DNA of 64,000 nucleotides from Octopus bimaculoides (Eukaryota), in assembly GCF_001194135.2 (NCBI RefSeq), contig NC_068984.1, forward strand, positions 17,923,765 to 17,987,764, read 5' to 3'. How positions within the stretch are numbered: position 1 is the first letter of the stretch; each line of letters starts with the position of its first letter. The notes below the pieces were generated by a model, which was not told the origin of the DNA, searched no databases, and was given only the letters and a program-made list of their open reading frames with translations. Shown here piece by piece: positions 1 to 12,995 of the stretch. The translations under genes were made by a program, and so were the position numbers.

Positions 1-69
1 ATGTATGTGAATAATATTTGAACATAAAAAGACTAGCATGATTTACGAGTTAGTGTTATTGTTTAGCCC

Positions 70-250
70 TAGGTCATCCTGAATGAGCCGACTTATAATT
101 AAAGCTATGCCAACCATGACTACACTGCGTTTAGGTATTGCATATGTTAGGACTACATTATCCAGTGTGTCCCTACGTTTTCAATATGGCAATTTCATTG
201 AGATTTAGCTGCTATTTCTAACTGGTCGAATGTTCACGTAAAGGCTCCCT
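70..250 (+). repeat. Interspersed repeat family F (decayed copy)
   Basis: Shares the 'gactacattatccagtgtgtcc...gagatttagctgctatttcta...ggctccctc' motifs with copies near 13990-14170, 37200-37380, 40600-40820, 60990-61215, 62340-62545 and 63160-63390. Confidence 0.6.
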
Positions 251-736
251 CTTAGAGGTTCCCAGTTCTTAATGGAGGTAGTTGCATCTTTTACAAAGTT
301 CTAATCACCTGTATAAAAACTACTTTTGGCTATGAATATGACAACCATGTCAACCTGGAGAAATGGGTATTAAAAAACGGTATTTAATGTTTGATAGATG
401 ACTTAATCCGAGTTAAATGTAATACTAGGAAAAAAAAAAAAGGATATTTGACCAAGTTTAAATATTACTAAAAGGTTCAAGTTCAGATCATTGTGAACTT
501 CACTGATGTGATATTTTCTTTCATTCCTGTGCAATGTTTATGCTTTTTACCATCTCTTTGATGGTGGTGAATGGCAGAATTATCATATCTGTAGATAAAA
601 ATATTTCTGTTCCATCTTACTGGGGTTGATTTTGCATTTCATCTTTACCATGCTTTACAGATCACATTCAGGATGTAATGTACTGGTTGATCTCCATTCT
701 TAAACTTTGTTGTAATGATTTTTATGTCCTTTACAG

Positions 737-754
737 CAGGTTCAACATGATGAG
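737..754 (+). CDS. Candidate 18-nt microexon (QVQHDE), unknown gene
   Basis: tttatgtcctttacag|CAGGTTCAACATGATGAG|gtaccc; NAGNAG acceptor, length a multiple of 3, only a moderate donor. Confidence 0.2.
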
Positions 755-781
755 GTACCCTGGAAAAACTTGTAAAATATA

Positions 782-998
782 TTAACCCTTTATTCTGTCA
801 AAAGTAATGCTTATTCATCCCTATTGTTTTGAGTTAATCATGCATTATCTTGTAGCTTTGAGATTTTGATGAAGTAACTGTTACTCTTTAGAATGATATT
901 GTAAAGTTATGAAAGGCCACATCAGGCCAGTTTAAACTTTAAACAATATAAAACTTTAAACCAGCTGGATCTGGATGGCTTTAATACTAAAGGGTTAA
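782..998. mobile_element. piggyBac-like MITE (family E), copy 1
   Basis: TTAA-CCCTT...AAGGG-TTAA termini; ~220 bp internal sequence shared with four other copies. Confidence 0.75.
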
Positions 999-1087
999 AC
1001 CTCAGAAACTTCCATTGTTCTTAGACACAGAGTATTCTAGAATATCTGATGTTTTAATTTTATTTTTAAACCTTTATTAAGAGAAAA

Positions 1088-1247
1088 TCAGTAACGCCAG
1101 CAGAGACCTCCTTCAAATGAAGTTGCTGTATGTGAGACTGTCACTCCTGTGTGGGTCTCCACAGCCACAGCAGATGCTGCATCACTATCAGCAGCTGATA
1201 TGATTTCTTCAGGTGCAGATCCAAGGTCTCTTGAGACCAACAGATAC
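1088..1247 (-). CDS. Candidate terminal exon or coding-like island (YLLVSRDLGSAPEEIISAADSDAASAVAVETHTGVTVSHTATSFEGGLCWRY*)
   Basis: Minus-strand acceptor tttcttttagtag|G, 53 codons to TGA, visibly GC-richer than its flanks; protein not recognised. Confidence 0.25.
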
Positions 1248-2849
1248 CTACTAAAAGAAAGACCTTTATTATTAATACTGGAAAAGTATTGAAGTGAAAG
1301 AAAATTCCATTTTGCTGCAAGTTTTTTCCCTTGTATTCTGCACCAGTTGAATAATGGGTTCCCTATAAACCATTACCTCTTTGTGACCTTGTCCGAAAGT
1401 TAGAAACCCTCATTAGTACTGAGGACAGGATATTTGGATAGGGTTTTATCACATTCTGGCAACAATCTTAATTTCTTTGCAGGCTTTCTTCTTCCTGTAA
1501 TGGTTTCTTTTATTACCAGATTCTGAAGACTTTGCAAGTGATAAGCATCCACTAATCTCAACTGGTTATTGAGAAGTAAACTTACTGAAATAAATTCATT
1601 TACTTTCTTCCTTTGGAGACATTTCAACTCTTGCATAACCATATTTTTATAGGAATCTTCCAATTCATTTCAGAAACAATCCAGCATTTGGAAGAATATG
1701 ACCATCATTCCTTCCTTCTATGTTCTACTTAACTTTTCTGACATGGGTTCGAGATGAGTCGTTGGGGTTTGTGTCAATTCTTCTTTCGAGTAACTGTTAC
1801 CTTAGACTGGTTGGGGATCATGTCTTGTTTGCATACTTTTTTTTTTCCTTCTCTATGTGAAACTCTCATTAGAGCTCAGTGCAGCTCTGCAGTTCACTGG
1901 ATCCTGTCAAACTGTTCAACCCATGCCGGCATGGAAAACAAGAGTTGGAGGAGGAGGATGATGAAGTTAAACTGGTATTGGAATAAAAATGGCTTTCGAA
2001 GAAAATTATGGAAGGTAATGTTTGTCGCTAATTCAACATGGTGGTTCCGTATGAACTGACATTACTATCATTTTAACGCTGGAGGACACCTCCTGCTGGT
2101 TATTTGATGAAATCTGCACCCCAGTATATATTGCAAGCAGGCGGGGGTGGACCCCTACCATCTTCTAGTAATGCTTCCCTGCTTTGTAATATATATCAGG
2201 TGCAGATTACATCAGTAACCAGCTAGAAGAGGCATCCGCTTGGTATTAAAATATGGTTGTAACATTAGTTTATATGGAGCGACCATGTTGAAGTGGTGAC
2301 AAGCATTACTTCTCAGTATAGTTACTACAACCAGCTACTTTGCTTGTTGTATTATGGAGATTTTTAATTTAAAATCTCAGGTGGGTTTGTATTAAGATGG
2401 TTAACAATCTGCACTGTTTTGGTACAGTTTCCTTTTTTAATTGTATTAAAAGGGAAATATAGTCATACAACTGGGGATGGGGAGTAGCCCTTCCCCCTCT
2501 TTTCCTTTTTATAAATATTGATTTGAATTGAGGTGAAAACAGTGTTACTAAATCAATATTTTATATGGGTTTGCTTGATCAGATTTTTTAAAAAAATCCT
2601 ATAATTTGTGCCAGCCTAGATGATATCTGTAAATATATGGTCAAAATAAAATTGTTATTGGAGATTTTAATAACTAATTTAAAAACGATATTGGTTCTCC
2701 TGAAATGTTTACAGATATGATATATGAGACTATTTAAGAATTTTTTTTTGTTTTTCAAAATAGTATGTTTTGACATTCTTCACTGTAATGTTAACAATTG
2801 CCTTCTCCAGGTAGGCTTGAAGCATATAGTCTGTGATTTTTAGGTGGAG

Positions 2850-3083
2850 CTGTGGTTCTCAACCATTTTTTGGCCTATGGACCCTTTTGGTTCCTATTTT
2901 ACTATCTTGGACTTCTGTAGCCATTTGCTGTGTATATATTAAAAAAAATCTTACTGTAATTTTTATAAATATTAGAGGAATCATCATAAAAGCAAAAAAT
3001 ATTTTGTGTATTGTAAAACTACATTCAATTAGTTACTCATGAATTTCAACAAAATCTTGCATAGACCCCAGTTGAGAAATATC
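2850..3083. mobile_element. hAT/Charlie-like MITE
   Basis: Terminal inverted motifs GTGGTTCTCAAC...GTTGAGAA resembling Charlie TIRs; a second copy in the opposite orientation lies at 10647-10883. Confidence 0.6.
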
Positions 3084-3199
3084 ATTAGTGATATAGGTTA
3101 AGATGGCTCTGACAGAATAGAAATTTAAGATTCTACTTACCAGGCTTGTATTTTATTATCTGTGGTCCTTGATATATTGTAGTTGCATCTATCATACAT

Positions 3200-3442
3200 C
3201 ATTTTAATGTCCACTCTTCCATGCCTTCATGGACCTGGCAGACTTCGTTGAAATGCATTTTCTCTGAGCAGATGCCCCTTCCTGTTGCCAACCCTCACCT
3301 GCTCCCAACCAAGGTAATTTTCCCCCATGTCTGGACATGTCACAGAAGATGGGAAACCAATGACAACACTTGTATGACATCTACTCATCAACCATTATTG
3401 CTCAATGTCAAAACAAGCAAACACTGACACATACCCCTCCCC

Positions 3443-3473
<31 letters not shown>

Positions 3474-3920
3474 TATACACACACATATATATACACACAT
3501 ATATATATATACACACACATATATATACACACATATATATATATACACACACATATATATACACACACATATATATACACACACATATATATACACACAC
3601 ATATATATACACACACATATATATACACACACATATATATACACACACATATATATACACACACACATATATATACACACACACATATATATACACACAC
3701 ACATATATATACACACACACATATATATACACACACACATATATATACACACACACAGATATATACACACACAGATATATACACACACAGATATATACAC
3801 ACACACATATATATATATATAATTTGTTCAGGTCCACCTATCAAATTCACTCACAAGGCTTTGGCCAGCTTGGATTTATTGTAGAAGACTTGCCCAAGTG
3901 CTATGTAGTGGACTTGAACT
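3200..3920 (-). mobile_element. SINE family B2 (CORE-type body, RTE-like tail), decayed, with an expanded internal minisatellite
   Basis: Reverse complement matches the B2 copies at 20170, 23011 and 29403 ('cactcacaaggctttgg...gacttgcccaag', 'gatgccccttcctgttgccaaccctcacctg'). Confidence 0.65.
3444..3821. repeat. Compound (TA)n(CA)n minisatellite, 16-20 bp units
   Basis: About 20 tandem units of ATATATATACACACAC(AC); source of the HIYI/VCVY ORFs. Confidence 0.95.
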
Positions 3921-5589
3921 TAAAACTATGTGATTGGAAAGAACTTGTTAGCCATGGAAAAGTGAAGAAAAACAATTACTCTGAAAGAAAAAGAAACTAT
4001 TGTGTAATTTTTCTAAGTTTCCTATCTAAATTTGAGATTAATTATATTAAATTCCTTTGACAACTGAAATAAAATATTCATCATTAACAACAGTTATTTC
4101 TTTGGTTATTCATTCTGTGTGATTTACACTAGTTACCTCACTTAACTCTCATATGGATTCAATTGTTTTGTGCCATCTACTTCAGTATCCCATCAGCTTT
4201 GATGGAACCTTGTCACTGCTAACCTAACAAACAATAGTTTACATCAGTTGCTATGGCTCACTGTATTGAGTAGAAATGTTTAATCATCCTGTTTAGAGGA
4301 CAATAGAGAAGAGAAATAGAAAACTTATGAAATATTTCCTTTTGAGGAATATTATCAAACCTTGGTGTTTTATTTTTATGTGACTGATAGTATCAATGAA
4401 GTCTTTTAGTGTACACTGTCCTCAGGTCATTGCCCAGGAATTGATTGCAACAGCCTTCATATAACTCAGAACTGGAATTTTCTAAATTTGGTATTTCAAC
4501 TGTGCACCAGTCTTGTGTGATGATACAGCTGAAAATATATTGATGTATTGTAAATCTATAATGTAATGTTTTTAAATATTCTGAATTACCTTTTGTTTCT
4601 TTGCGAATAATTCATTTTAAATGCAACTAGTTGTCAGGTCTTGAATGTAATGTTACTTCAAGGTTGCAGTTGTGTTAAGACATGTAAAATAATTATTTGG
4701 AAACTAAGGAAAGCTAAGCTGTTGTAGTTGTTTTTTTCCTTGCTAACTCTATGAATTTCAAAGAGCAAACATCAACATGCTATCAGGAATTTTGTCATTA
4801 AAAAGTATTTAGGTAAAAGATATGCTTTATTTATAAATTTTTAATGTTTTATCAAATTTTAATATGAACTTAGGTTGAGACTAGTTTCTTTTATTTTTCC
4901 TTTAAAATCCTATTTCTGATGCAAAGGACTGTTTTTCTATTTTCTTTCAGTAAAGCATGCAGAATAACTTGCAAAGCCTCTAAGCATAATACAGTTTTTA
5001 TGTATGCCATAAGTCTTCTGTATTAATCACATTTTACACACTGCATGAAATATATATAAACATGCTATGAATAAGTGATGCGTATTTAATGTACAAGTAC
5101 CATATGCTCGTAATAGTGAAAACAAATGTCTTTATTGAGAGTTGTAGAATTAGCTGCATAGTGCTTACAATAATAATAAAAAAACAATAGCAACAAAACC
5201 CATCCAACCCACATCAGTTGTATAAATTTCACAAGCATTATATAAAAATGCTTTGTATAAATTTTTAACAATGACGGAATTGAATGGAATTCAATAATGT
5301 AACATATTTATCAAACAATTCAATATGTGAAATTCGAGGTAATAATTTATAACCAGTGTTCGCTGTAAAAATTTAAACTCCCAAATTTTCTACTGGCCTT
5401 GAAGTGATAGTTCCATCTTTTCTGAATTTCTTGTCTTGTTTCTCAGTTAGTTGGTATTTCGAATCTTTCTTAATACCATTCTGGTTATGAATCTATTTTT
5501 TTTTAAATTTACATAATAAGAAATATGTTCTAAGCCTATCGATTTTAAGTGATTTTCTCTTTATTAACCTTGAATATGGAAGATCTTAT

Positions 5590-5770
5590 TTAACATTTAT
5601 TTTCCATGCTGGCATGGGTTGGATGGTTTGATTGGAGCTGGTAAGGCCAGAGGTGTCACTAGGTTCCACTGTCTGTTCTGTTATGGTTTCTATGGCTGGA
5701 TGCCCTTCTTAATGCCAGATCACTCCAGAGTGTACTGGGTGCTTTTTATGCGACACCACCACTCAAAACT
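5590..5770 (-). mobile_element. SINE or RTE-like tail family C
   Basis: 'tttccatgctggcatgggttggatgg...ggctggatgcccttcttaatgcc' is the reverse complement of the family C 3' end; other copies at 1860-1965, 15725-15900, 21630-21970, 27020-27170, 27880-28090, 37985-38130 and 55620-55730. Confidence 0.75.
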
Positions 5771-6145
5771 TGTACTATTGTACCGATTGTTTGAGAACTC
5801 TGGTAGGCCTTGAGTTATTGCAAAACTAATGAATGTAACTGATAATATTTACAACACAGCAGCAGCAAAGTTGAAGGATTCTTCATAAAGGTAATCTGTT
5901 CTTTCTATGCTATCATATGTAAGTTTATCTCCTAATGAATCTTGTAGATTAGTCCAATAAGGAATACCTAAATTTGATTTCTTGAAGCTGGCAGAATCAT
6001 TATTCCACCAGACCCAAGTTTAAATCCTGTTGAAGTTCTTTCAGGTTTAATAAAATAAGTATCTGCTGAGCATTAAGGGTCGATGTAATTGACTGCCACC
6101 TCCCTACAAATTTCATGCCTTGAATTATAGTAGAAAGAGTTATTA

Positions 6146-6371
6146 TTAAACCCTTTAGCATTCGGATTATTCTGTCGAATGTAATGCGTATTTATTCGAG
6201 GTTTTGGATTGTCATGCATTATCTTGGAATTTCAAAATTTCAATTATGTGATTGTTTACTTTTAGAACTACGTAGTAAGGATGGTGTGATAGTCTGAATC
6301 TGATCAGTTTAAACCTAAAACAGGTAGAATATTTGGGTTGGACATAGCCAGTTTTAATGCTAAAAGCTTAA
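6146..6371. mobile_element. piggyBac-like MITE (family E), copy 2
   Basis: ttaaaCCCTTTAGCATT...AATGCTAAAAGCttaa; internal sequence similar to copy 1. Confidence 0.75.
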
Positions 6372-6374
6372 GGC

Positions 6375-6590
6375 AGCAAGCTAGTTCAATCATTAGCGTG
6401 CTGAACAAAATGCTTAGTGATTTTTCATCAGATTCTTTGTTCTGAGTTCAAATTCGGCTGAGATTGACTTTTCTTTTAATCCTTTCAGGGCCAATAAAAT
6501 AAGTGCCAGCTTAGTATGGCGGGAAATATATTCTACTAGTCCCCCTCCCCATTAAGGTTTCAGAGTTTGTGCCTGTGGTAGAATTATCGT
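6375..6590 (+). mobile_element. SINE family A (decayed)
   Basis: 'gttctgagttcaaattcggctgagattgac...atcctttcagggccaataaaataagtgccag' matches family A; another decayed copy at 5985-6146. Confidence 0.7.
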
Positions 6591-6839
6591 CACTGTTGTA
6601 TAACTTTCTCATAGTGTATTGGTATTTTACATGTGAGGCATGAAGATTCATCTGTAGCTTCTAGCAAAGTATTAGCATTCTTTTTAATATGGAAATCTGG
6701 TTTTCATGACAAACATATAAACTCAGTCCTCCTCTGGTAACTTTCGTTTTTGTTTGTCTTTTTTGGTTTCATGTACATAGTCTCTTGGATTCTAAGACTT
6801 CGTATGCAGCAACAATTGACTCTTTTAACTTTCTGAAAT

Positions 6840-6878
6840 CTCTCTCTCTCTTTCTCTTTCTCTTTCTCTCTCTTTCTT

Positions 6879-6977
<99 letters not shown>

Positions 6978-7574
6978 CTCTCTCTCTCTNNNNNNNNNNN
7001 NNNNNNNNNNNNNNNNNNNNNNNNNNNNNNNNNNNNNNNNNNNNNNNNNNNNNNNNNNNNNNNNNNNNNNNNNNNNNNNNNNNNNNNNNNNNNNNNNNNN
7101 NNNNNNNNNNNNNNNNNNNNNNNNNNNNNNNNNNNNNNNNNNNNNNNNNNNNNNNNNNNNNNNNNNNNNNNNNNNNNNNNNNNNNNNNNNNNNNNNNNNN
7201 NNNNNNNNNNNNNNNNNNNNNNNNNNNNNNNNNNNNNNNNNNNNNNNNNNNNNNNNNNNNNNNNNNNNNNNNNNNNNNNNNNNNNNNNNNNNNNNNNNNN
7301 NNNNNNNNNNNNNNNNNNNNNNNNNNNNNNNNNNNNNNNNNNNNNNNNNNNNNNNNNNNNNNNNNNNNNNNNNNNNNNNNNNNNNNNNNNNNNNNNNNNN
7401 NNNNNNNNNNNNNNNNNNNNNNNNNNNNNNNNNNNNNNNNNNNNNNNNNNNNNNNNNNNNNNNNNNNNNNNNNNNNNNNNNNNNNNNNNNNNNNNNNNNN
7501 NNNNNNNNNNNNNNNNNNNNNNNNNNNNNNNNNNNNNNNNNNNNNNNNNNNNNNNNNNNNNNNNNNNNNNNNNN

Positions 7575-7617
<43 letters not shown>
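6840..7617. repeat. (CT)n/(CTTT)n microsatellite spanning an assembly gap
   Basis: Direct observation; N-run at 6990-7574. Confidence 0.95.
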
Positions 7618-7622
<5 letters not shown>

Positions 7623-9038
7623 GGTGTGTGTGAATAAATGGCATTAACTTTGGAATTGGTTCACTAAGTATGGACTACTTTCATAATGCTCAATGATATG
7701 AGAATATTTTTATATGGGGAACTTCCATAGTACATATGGGTGTAGAGTTTATATATGTGTGTGTGCGTGTAATATGATAAACGGTCAGTTTAATAGCATA
7801 TATCCTTTTTATTATCAACCTGCACATAAACTATGAAATTCAACCCTCTCTCTCATTACTGAGGCAAAATGCAATGAATGATTTGAGGCAGATTTGGAGC
7901 AGATGAAGGGACATCATTGAAGAAGTTTCAAAAATCAACAAAAAGTTCCTGATAAACCATCTAATTCATTGACCAAACAATGATTAGTTAATTAACTGTT
8001 TCAAAGATTGGTACAAAGCTAGCAATTTAAAAAAAATTTTTTTAAGAGGGGCATGTTAAATTACAGCAACCCTAATGTTTGAAGGTTACTTGTTTTATCA
8101 GCCTCAATGGAATTTGAGCTTGGACTGTAAAGAGTTGGAACAAATGCCACTCTCCATTTTGTCTGATATGTGAACAATTCCATCAGCTTATGACCTTAAT
8201 GATAATACAAAGTGAAATGTGACCAGTGCACGTGTTTCATAAAAAAAAAAAAAAAAAATACCTATCAGGGTACATTTATTTCAACACCTGAATTCAAGAA
8301 TTATGTAGAACAAACATAAAAAATACAGTTTCTTATACTGGCAAAAGGCCACAAAATTTAAAGATAATCACTGGTAATTTTATTGACCAAAGACAGATGA
8401 CAGGCAAAGTTAGTGTTGGTGGGTGTTTAGATTTAAAGGCTGTAACAAAATCTGGCACACTTCACCTAGTGTCCTATTTCTGCCACTCCTACTGCCTTCT
8501 ACTTGATATAACATTAATAAAGTATATAGCCTCTATAGAGCTATAATCTTATGTTTATAACTCTTGTGAATGAAGGTTTTAACTCTTACAGCACTGATTA
8601 AATGTTGCACAAGCTGGTGATGTAACATGTTAATGATATGCAAATCAGTTCTCACAATCTCTTTCTATTGCTGTAAATAAAATGTGTGCACTATATCATG
8701 GAATGTGGAGAACTATGGAAAGTATCCCACTGTAGAAATGAAGTTAACTTTGTTACCGAGCCTCAAGTGAACATGTATGGAACCGAGTATTTTTAGGGTT
8801 AATGTAAATTCTGATAGACATAAGTTAGCAATTTGTTGATAGAAAAGAGCAGCCTTGCTATGTTGGACATTAACACAATAGCCTATCCTGCTTGTGCTAA
8901 GTGACTGATGAATTATCTTGTGGAGATAAAATACTCTAGTTAAAATACTAGACAAAATATTTAAATTGGCTACTTTGAGAAGTGATTAATTACTGACCGT
9001 GTCTGTGTCTGGTCAGTGGTCTTGTTCTCATCTGCTGC

Positions 9039-9261
9039 TTAACCCTTTAACATTCAAATGACTGTCAAATGTAATGCTTATTAACATGGTTTTGAATTAA
9101 TCAGGCATCATCTTGTTGTTTTGACACTGTAATGATGTGATTGTTCACTTTTAGAATGATGTTGTAGGATAGGTGTGACAAGCTGGATCTTGTTGGTTTG
9201 ATCATAAAATCCAGTTAAATATTTAGACCAGATATAGGCAATTTAAATGCTAAAGGGTTAA
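9039..9261. mobile_element. piggyBac-like MITE (family E), copy 3
   Basis: TTAA-CCCTTTAACATT...AATGCTAAAGGG-TTAA. Confidence 0.8.
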
Positions 9262-10646
9262 ACTTTGTGCTAATTATGTCTCATGCCTGTAGCTTTGTGG
9301 GTTTTTTTGTACTTTGAGCTTTAATGAATATAATTATCCAAATATATTAATTCTTGTTACGTACAGGAATTATTTTTCTAATATAGTAATTATATGCAGG
9401 TTAATGAATTTTTAGTTTTTTCTGTTTTAGAATATTAATTAAAGATCCTGGCAATTTTCATGGTTGGAAATTCAAATATTTCTTAAAGATTTTGTTTCAG
9501 TTTTTCTCTCTCACATGCACACACATTTATATCCTAAACAATTTTATTCTTCACATAGACGATACATCACATTTTGTTGGAATATATAGTTGACAATATT
9601 CACCCAAATGCTTCTTAACACCAGAAGAGTGAAGAACAACTCTGGCCGGATTTGAACTACAAACTTAAAAGAATGTAACTGAATAAATATCTCGAATACT
9701 TTTATCTGCTGCTCTACAGGTTCATTATATTCTAAATAATGTTACTAACTAGCTCAATCACCCTGCAGTAACTGGGTCATACAGTAACTTAATTTCAGTA
9801 ACCACTGTACATCTAATTAATTTTATCAATTTACAATTTTTTTTTTATTCTTGAAAAGAGAAATTGCTAATAATAATTATGTAAAATTTTACTGATGGTT
9901 ATTCATTGTTCTCTAGTCTTACTTTGAGAATTTTCTATAGGAAAATTTCTCAAGATGTCTGTAAATTTTAATCTATTTAATAATTTTTTTATTATTCCAT
10001 GCAATGAAAGCTAATCATTTTAATTAGACAATGTGTAAATTATAAATTAATTTGAAGAGGAATATTTTTTATAAATTTAGTTTGGACCATTTTTCCTTCA
10101 AAAATAGTTAAACAATGAATTTTATCATCACTGTGATGAAACTGATGTGAAAAGGTTTCGGATTGTTATGCACATCTTTTATTTCATTTTTTGTTTGCAT
10201 TATTTAAAAAAAAGATGTTTTGAATAGTTTAAGCTTAATCTGTATTCATCAGGTACCATGTGCTTCAGCTGATATTGTACTCGTGAATCTATCTTTCTCA
10301 AAGCAGATCAGTGTTAGAACCCAGTGTCATGAACAATGCACTTAATGCTGAATGGAGATTAACCCTTTCAAAATGTTTTTTTTTTCTTTTTTTTTTTACA
10401 TAAAGGAAAGAGGTGAACAGACTGTAAATTCATTTAATATTAACTGATTGCAAATTTGTGCATATATTATAATAAAGTTTGTGCAAATGACAGAGCATTG
10501 ACCTTGATAGTTGAGTGTTTAATTAGTGATCCATCATGTTTGAATTCCATTCTTGTCAGTTTCTGGGTTTGATAAAGTACCAGTAATGTATAGGCCTTTT
10601 CAATTTTTCTTGTTAGTGAAAAAGAAGTAAAACAAAAATTAGATCT

Positions 10647-10883
10647 TTGGTTCTCAACTGGGGTCCACATCACCCTTTAGTGGGAGTCTAAGATTTTGTA
10701 GTAAAAATTTGTGCAATAAATAAGTTTTACTTCCACAATACACAATCTATTTTAGCAATTTTCTAATACAATTCCTAATATTTAATTATAAAAATATAAT
10801 AGAATTTCTTTTAATATGGGTGGGGGCCATAGAATAAAATAGGAATCAAAGGGGTCCAGAGACAAAAAATGGTTGAGAAGCAA
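10647..10883. mobile_element. hAT/Charlie-like MITE, second copy
   Basis: ggttctcaactggggtcc...aaaatggttgagaa; reverse of 2850-3083. Confidence 0.6.
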
Positions 10884-11224
10884 AAGATTAGATTCTTTGC
10901 TATCTTATTTAGTATCTAGTATTTGAACTTAAAATTCTAGCGATCTGGTCTCATAAAAATATTTGTATTTTTTTTGTAATATCTTAGCCAAAAGAAGAAT
11001 AGTAGTGCCCATGACTTTTTACTAGAAGTTCCAAGGCTGCTAGCAGGAAGTTGTCTTCAGGGCAGAAATCTGAATTGAATACTTGCAGTTGTGTACTCTG
11101 CTAGAAGTGTCCTCAAACTGAGTGACAGATTAAGTCTTTTAATACCAACCCATTTAAAACTGCTCCAGTGATTGTTTTGAAAACCATCCATGTTAATTTG
11201 TTCCGACCACCAGCCTAATAATTA

Positions 11225-12085
11225 TTGGGTCATCCCATAAATAATGTTTTTTTTTTTTTTTATACTTTTATTTTTCAAAATTAAGATAAAGTTCTTTATT
11301 AATTTAAAAATATGCTCTCCTTCGTTTTCTACAATGCTCTTCCATCTACCTGGTAGGCTTGCAAGGCCCCTCTTTCAAATTTCACTTGTCCGTGATGAAA
11401 AATACTCCTCTAGTACTGTTCTGACCTCGTCTACAGAATTCATATTTTTTTTGTCTAAATGATTTTGAAGACTACAGAATAAATGAAAATCAGATGGGGC
11501 AATGTCTGGTGAATATGGTGGGTTGGGCATTGTTTCCCATTCAAACTGCTCCAGCCTTTGGAATATCATTCTCGCTGTATTATTCTGATGGACGAACACC
11601 TTTTCTCTTGACTGGTTGAATGACTGAATCCAAGCTTCTCTGCTAGTTCAACAATTATGATGGGATTTTCTTCCACCAGGGTTTGCAGGACATCCTTGTT
11701 GAACTCTACAGATCTTCCAGGATGAGGCCTACCTTCTAGGCTGTAGTTTCTGGCTCAGAATTTCCAGAACCACCGTTGACACTGGCTGAGGCTTATTGTC
11801 CGGTCCCCAGATACTGCATTAATATTTCTTGCACTTTCCATTTCTTTGTTGCCTTTATTGAACTCATAAAGCTAAATATGCCAAATATGCTCCTTCGTCA
11901 CTTCCATTATAGCTTTGGAAAAATGACTTAAAATCAAACTGCACTCTTCAAAACGTGCACTAAGAATAAGTACAAATTAAAATTATTACCTGCTTTTATA
12001 GCAAGTTGATGTAGGTAGTTTATTCTGTCCCCCTCTGACTTTTAGTTCATGCAATTGAAAAAACTGCATTTATGGGATGACCCAA
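11225..12085 (-). mobile_element. Internally deleted mariner transposon
   Basis: TIRs TTGGGTCATCCCATAAAT / ATTTATGGGATGACCCAA flanked by TA on both sides; transposase remnants inside. Confidence 0.92.
11375..11907 (-). pseudogene. Mariner transposase pseudogene (stops, central deletion)
   Basis: N-terminus MEVTKEHIWHI*LYEFNKG...CQRWFWKF*...GR...ELAEKLGFSHST is fused to C-terminal PPYSPDIAPSDFHLFCSLQNHL (mariner YSPDLAPxD motif). Confidence 0.9.
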
Positions 12086-12099
12086 TATTTTATAAAATT

Positions 12100-12320
12100 C
12101 CTCATTTTCAAAATGTGCATTTCAACAGGTCTGTGCATTTCAACAGAAATATGGTAACAAAAGGGTTAAAGTTATCTAAATTAAATTTTCATTAAAATTT
12201 CATGTTAATTTATTTCACTCACTAGCTTAACAATGACAGTTCGTACATTCTTCAATAATTTTCAGAAATTATTGAAACCGTCAGTATGTTTCAACAGAAA
12301 TATGGTAATGAAGAAATTAA
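12100..12320. repeat. TTAA-ended repeat family D (MITE-like)
   Basis: 'ttcaacagaaatatggtaac(aaaagggttaa)' occurs twice here and again at 50468-50610. Confidence 0.55.
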
Positions 12321-12799
12321 GAATAAATACAAGAACATGTACATTCTAACTAACAGTATTCTGCACAGTTTCCTCCTACCTTATTTCCTCCATCCACAAG
12401 GCTTAGATTGACTTTTTCTCTATTGCAAAACGAATGGCTGGTCTTGTACAGAACCCTGTCCTACTGGTCTTTCCACCTCTCATCATTCTTGGTATGTCCA
12501 ACTCCTTCATCCCACCCTAACCATTATTTCCAGCCCTTTCTTCCCAAAACATAGGGCCTTGTGGAATCTTCTCTCCAGTCATGTCTTTCATACAAGCATT
12601 GACCTACAACATTTTAAACAGTTTACTAGCATCACTCATTGGTCTCAGGGAGCCTACAAAAGCCAGTGGGAATGTTCTCCCTCCTTCTCGATTTTACGAA
12701 TGTCTGTATATATATAATAGTCTCTCAAGTCTGAGAAAGACGGCTCTGCAATTTCTTACTGAATCATCTGCAAAAATTTGTTCATAGTGATCAAATGTT

Positions 12800-12995
12800 T
12801 GTGCTGTATATTAGCTCACTTCCTGCATCAAGTTGACATTACCTGTACAGGTGCATGCTGCACCACACATCTGGTGAAATGATTGCAGTGCAATAAGAGA
12901 TGAAGTATTTTGCTCAAGAACACAATGCACCACCTAATCCAGGAATCGAAAGCCTGATCTTGCAATTTGAGTACAACATCCTAACCACTAGGCTG
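12800..12995 (-). mobile_element. tRNA-headed SINE related to family G (decayed)
   Basis: Reverse complement reads 'agcctagtggttagg...tttcgattcctgg...tgtgttcttgagcaaaatacttcat', like 24580. Confidence 0.6.

Noticed and set aside
2795-2816. Other AG|GT juxtapositions (2810 cag|gtaggc, 43412 cag|gtacaa, 46370 tag|gtataa)
   Set aside because: Donor halves are weak compared with 59468; expected by chance in 64 kb
3370-3884. Four long overlapping ORFs (132-159 aa; HIYI/VCVY repeats)
   Set aside because: They are translations of a (TA/CA) minisatellite, open on both strands
6769-7644. 291-aa and 282-aa ORFs
   Set aside because: Made of (CT)n plus N-gap codons; the same applies to the ORFs at 23346-23996 and 35690-36235
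8698-8790. Short ATG-initiated frame MECGELWKVSHCRNEVNFVTEPQVNMYGTE
   Set aside because: Weak donor, no homology recognised, length within chance expectation
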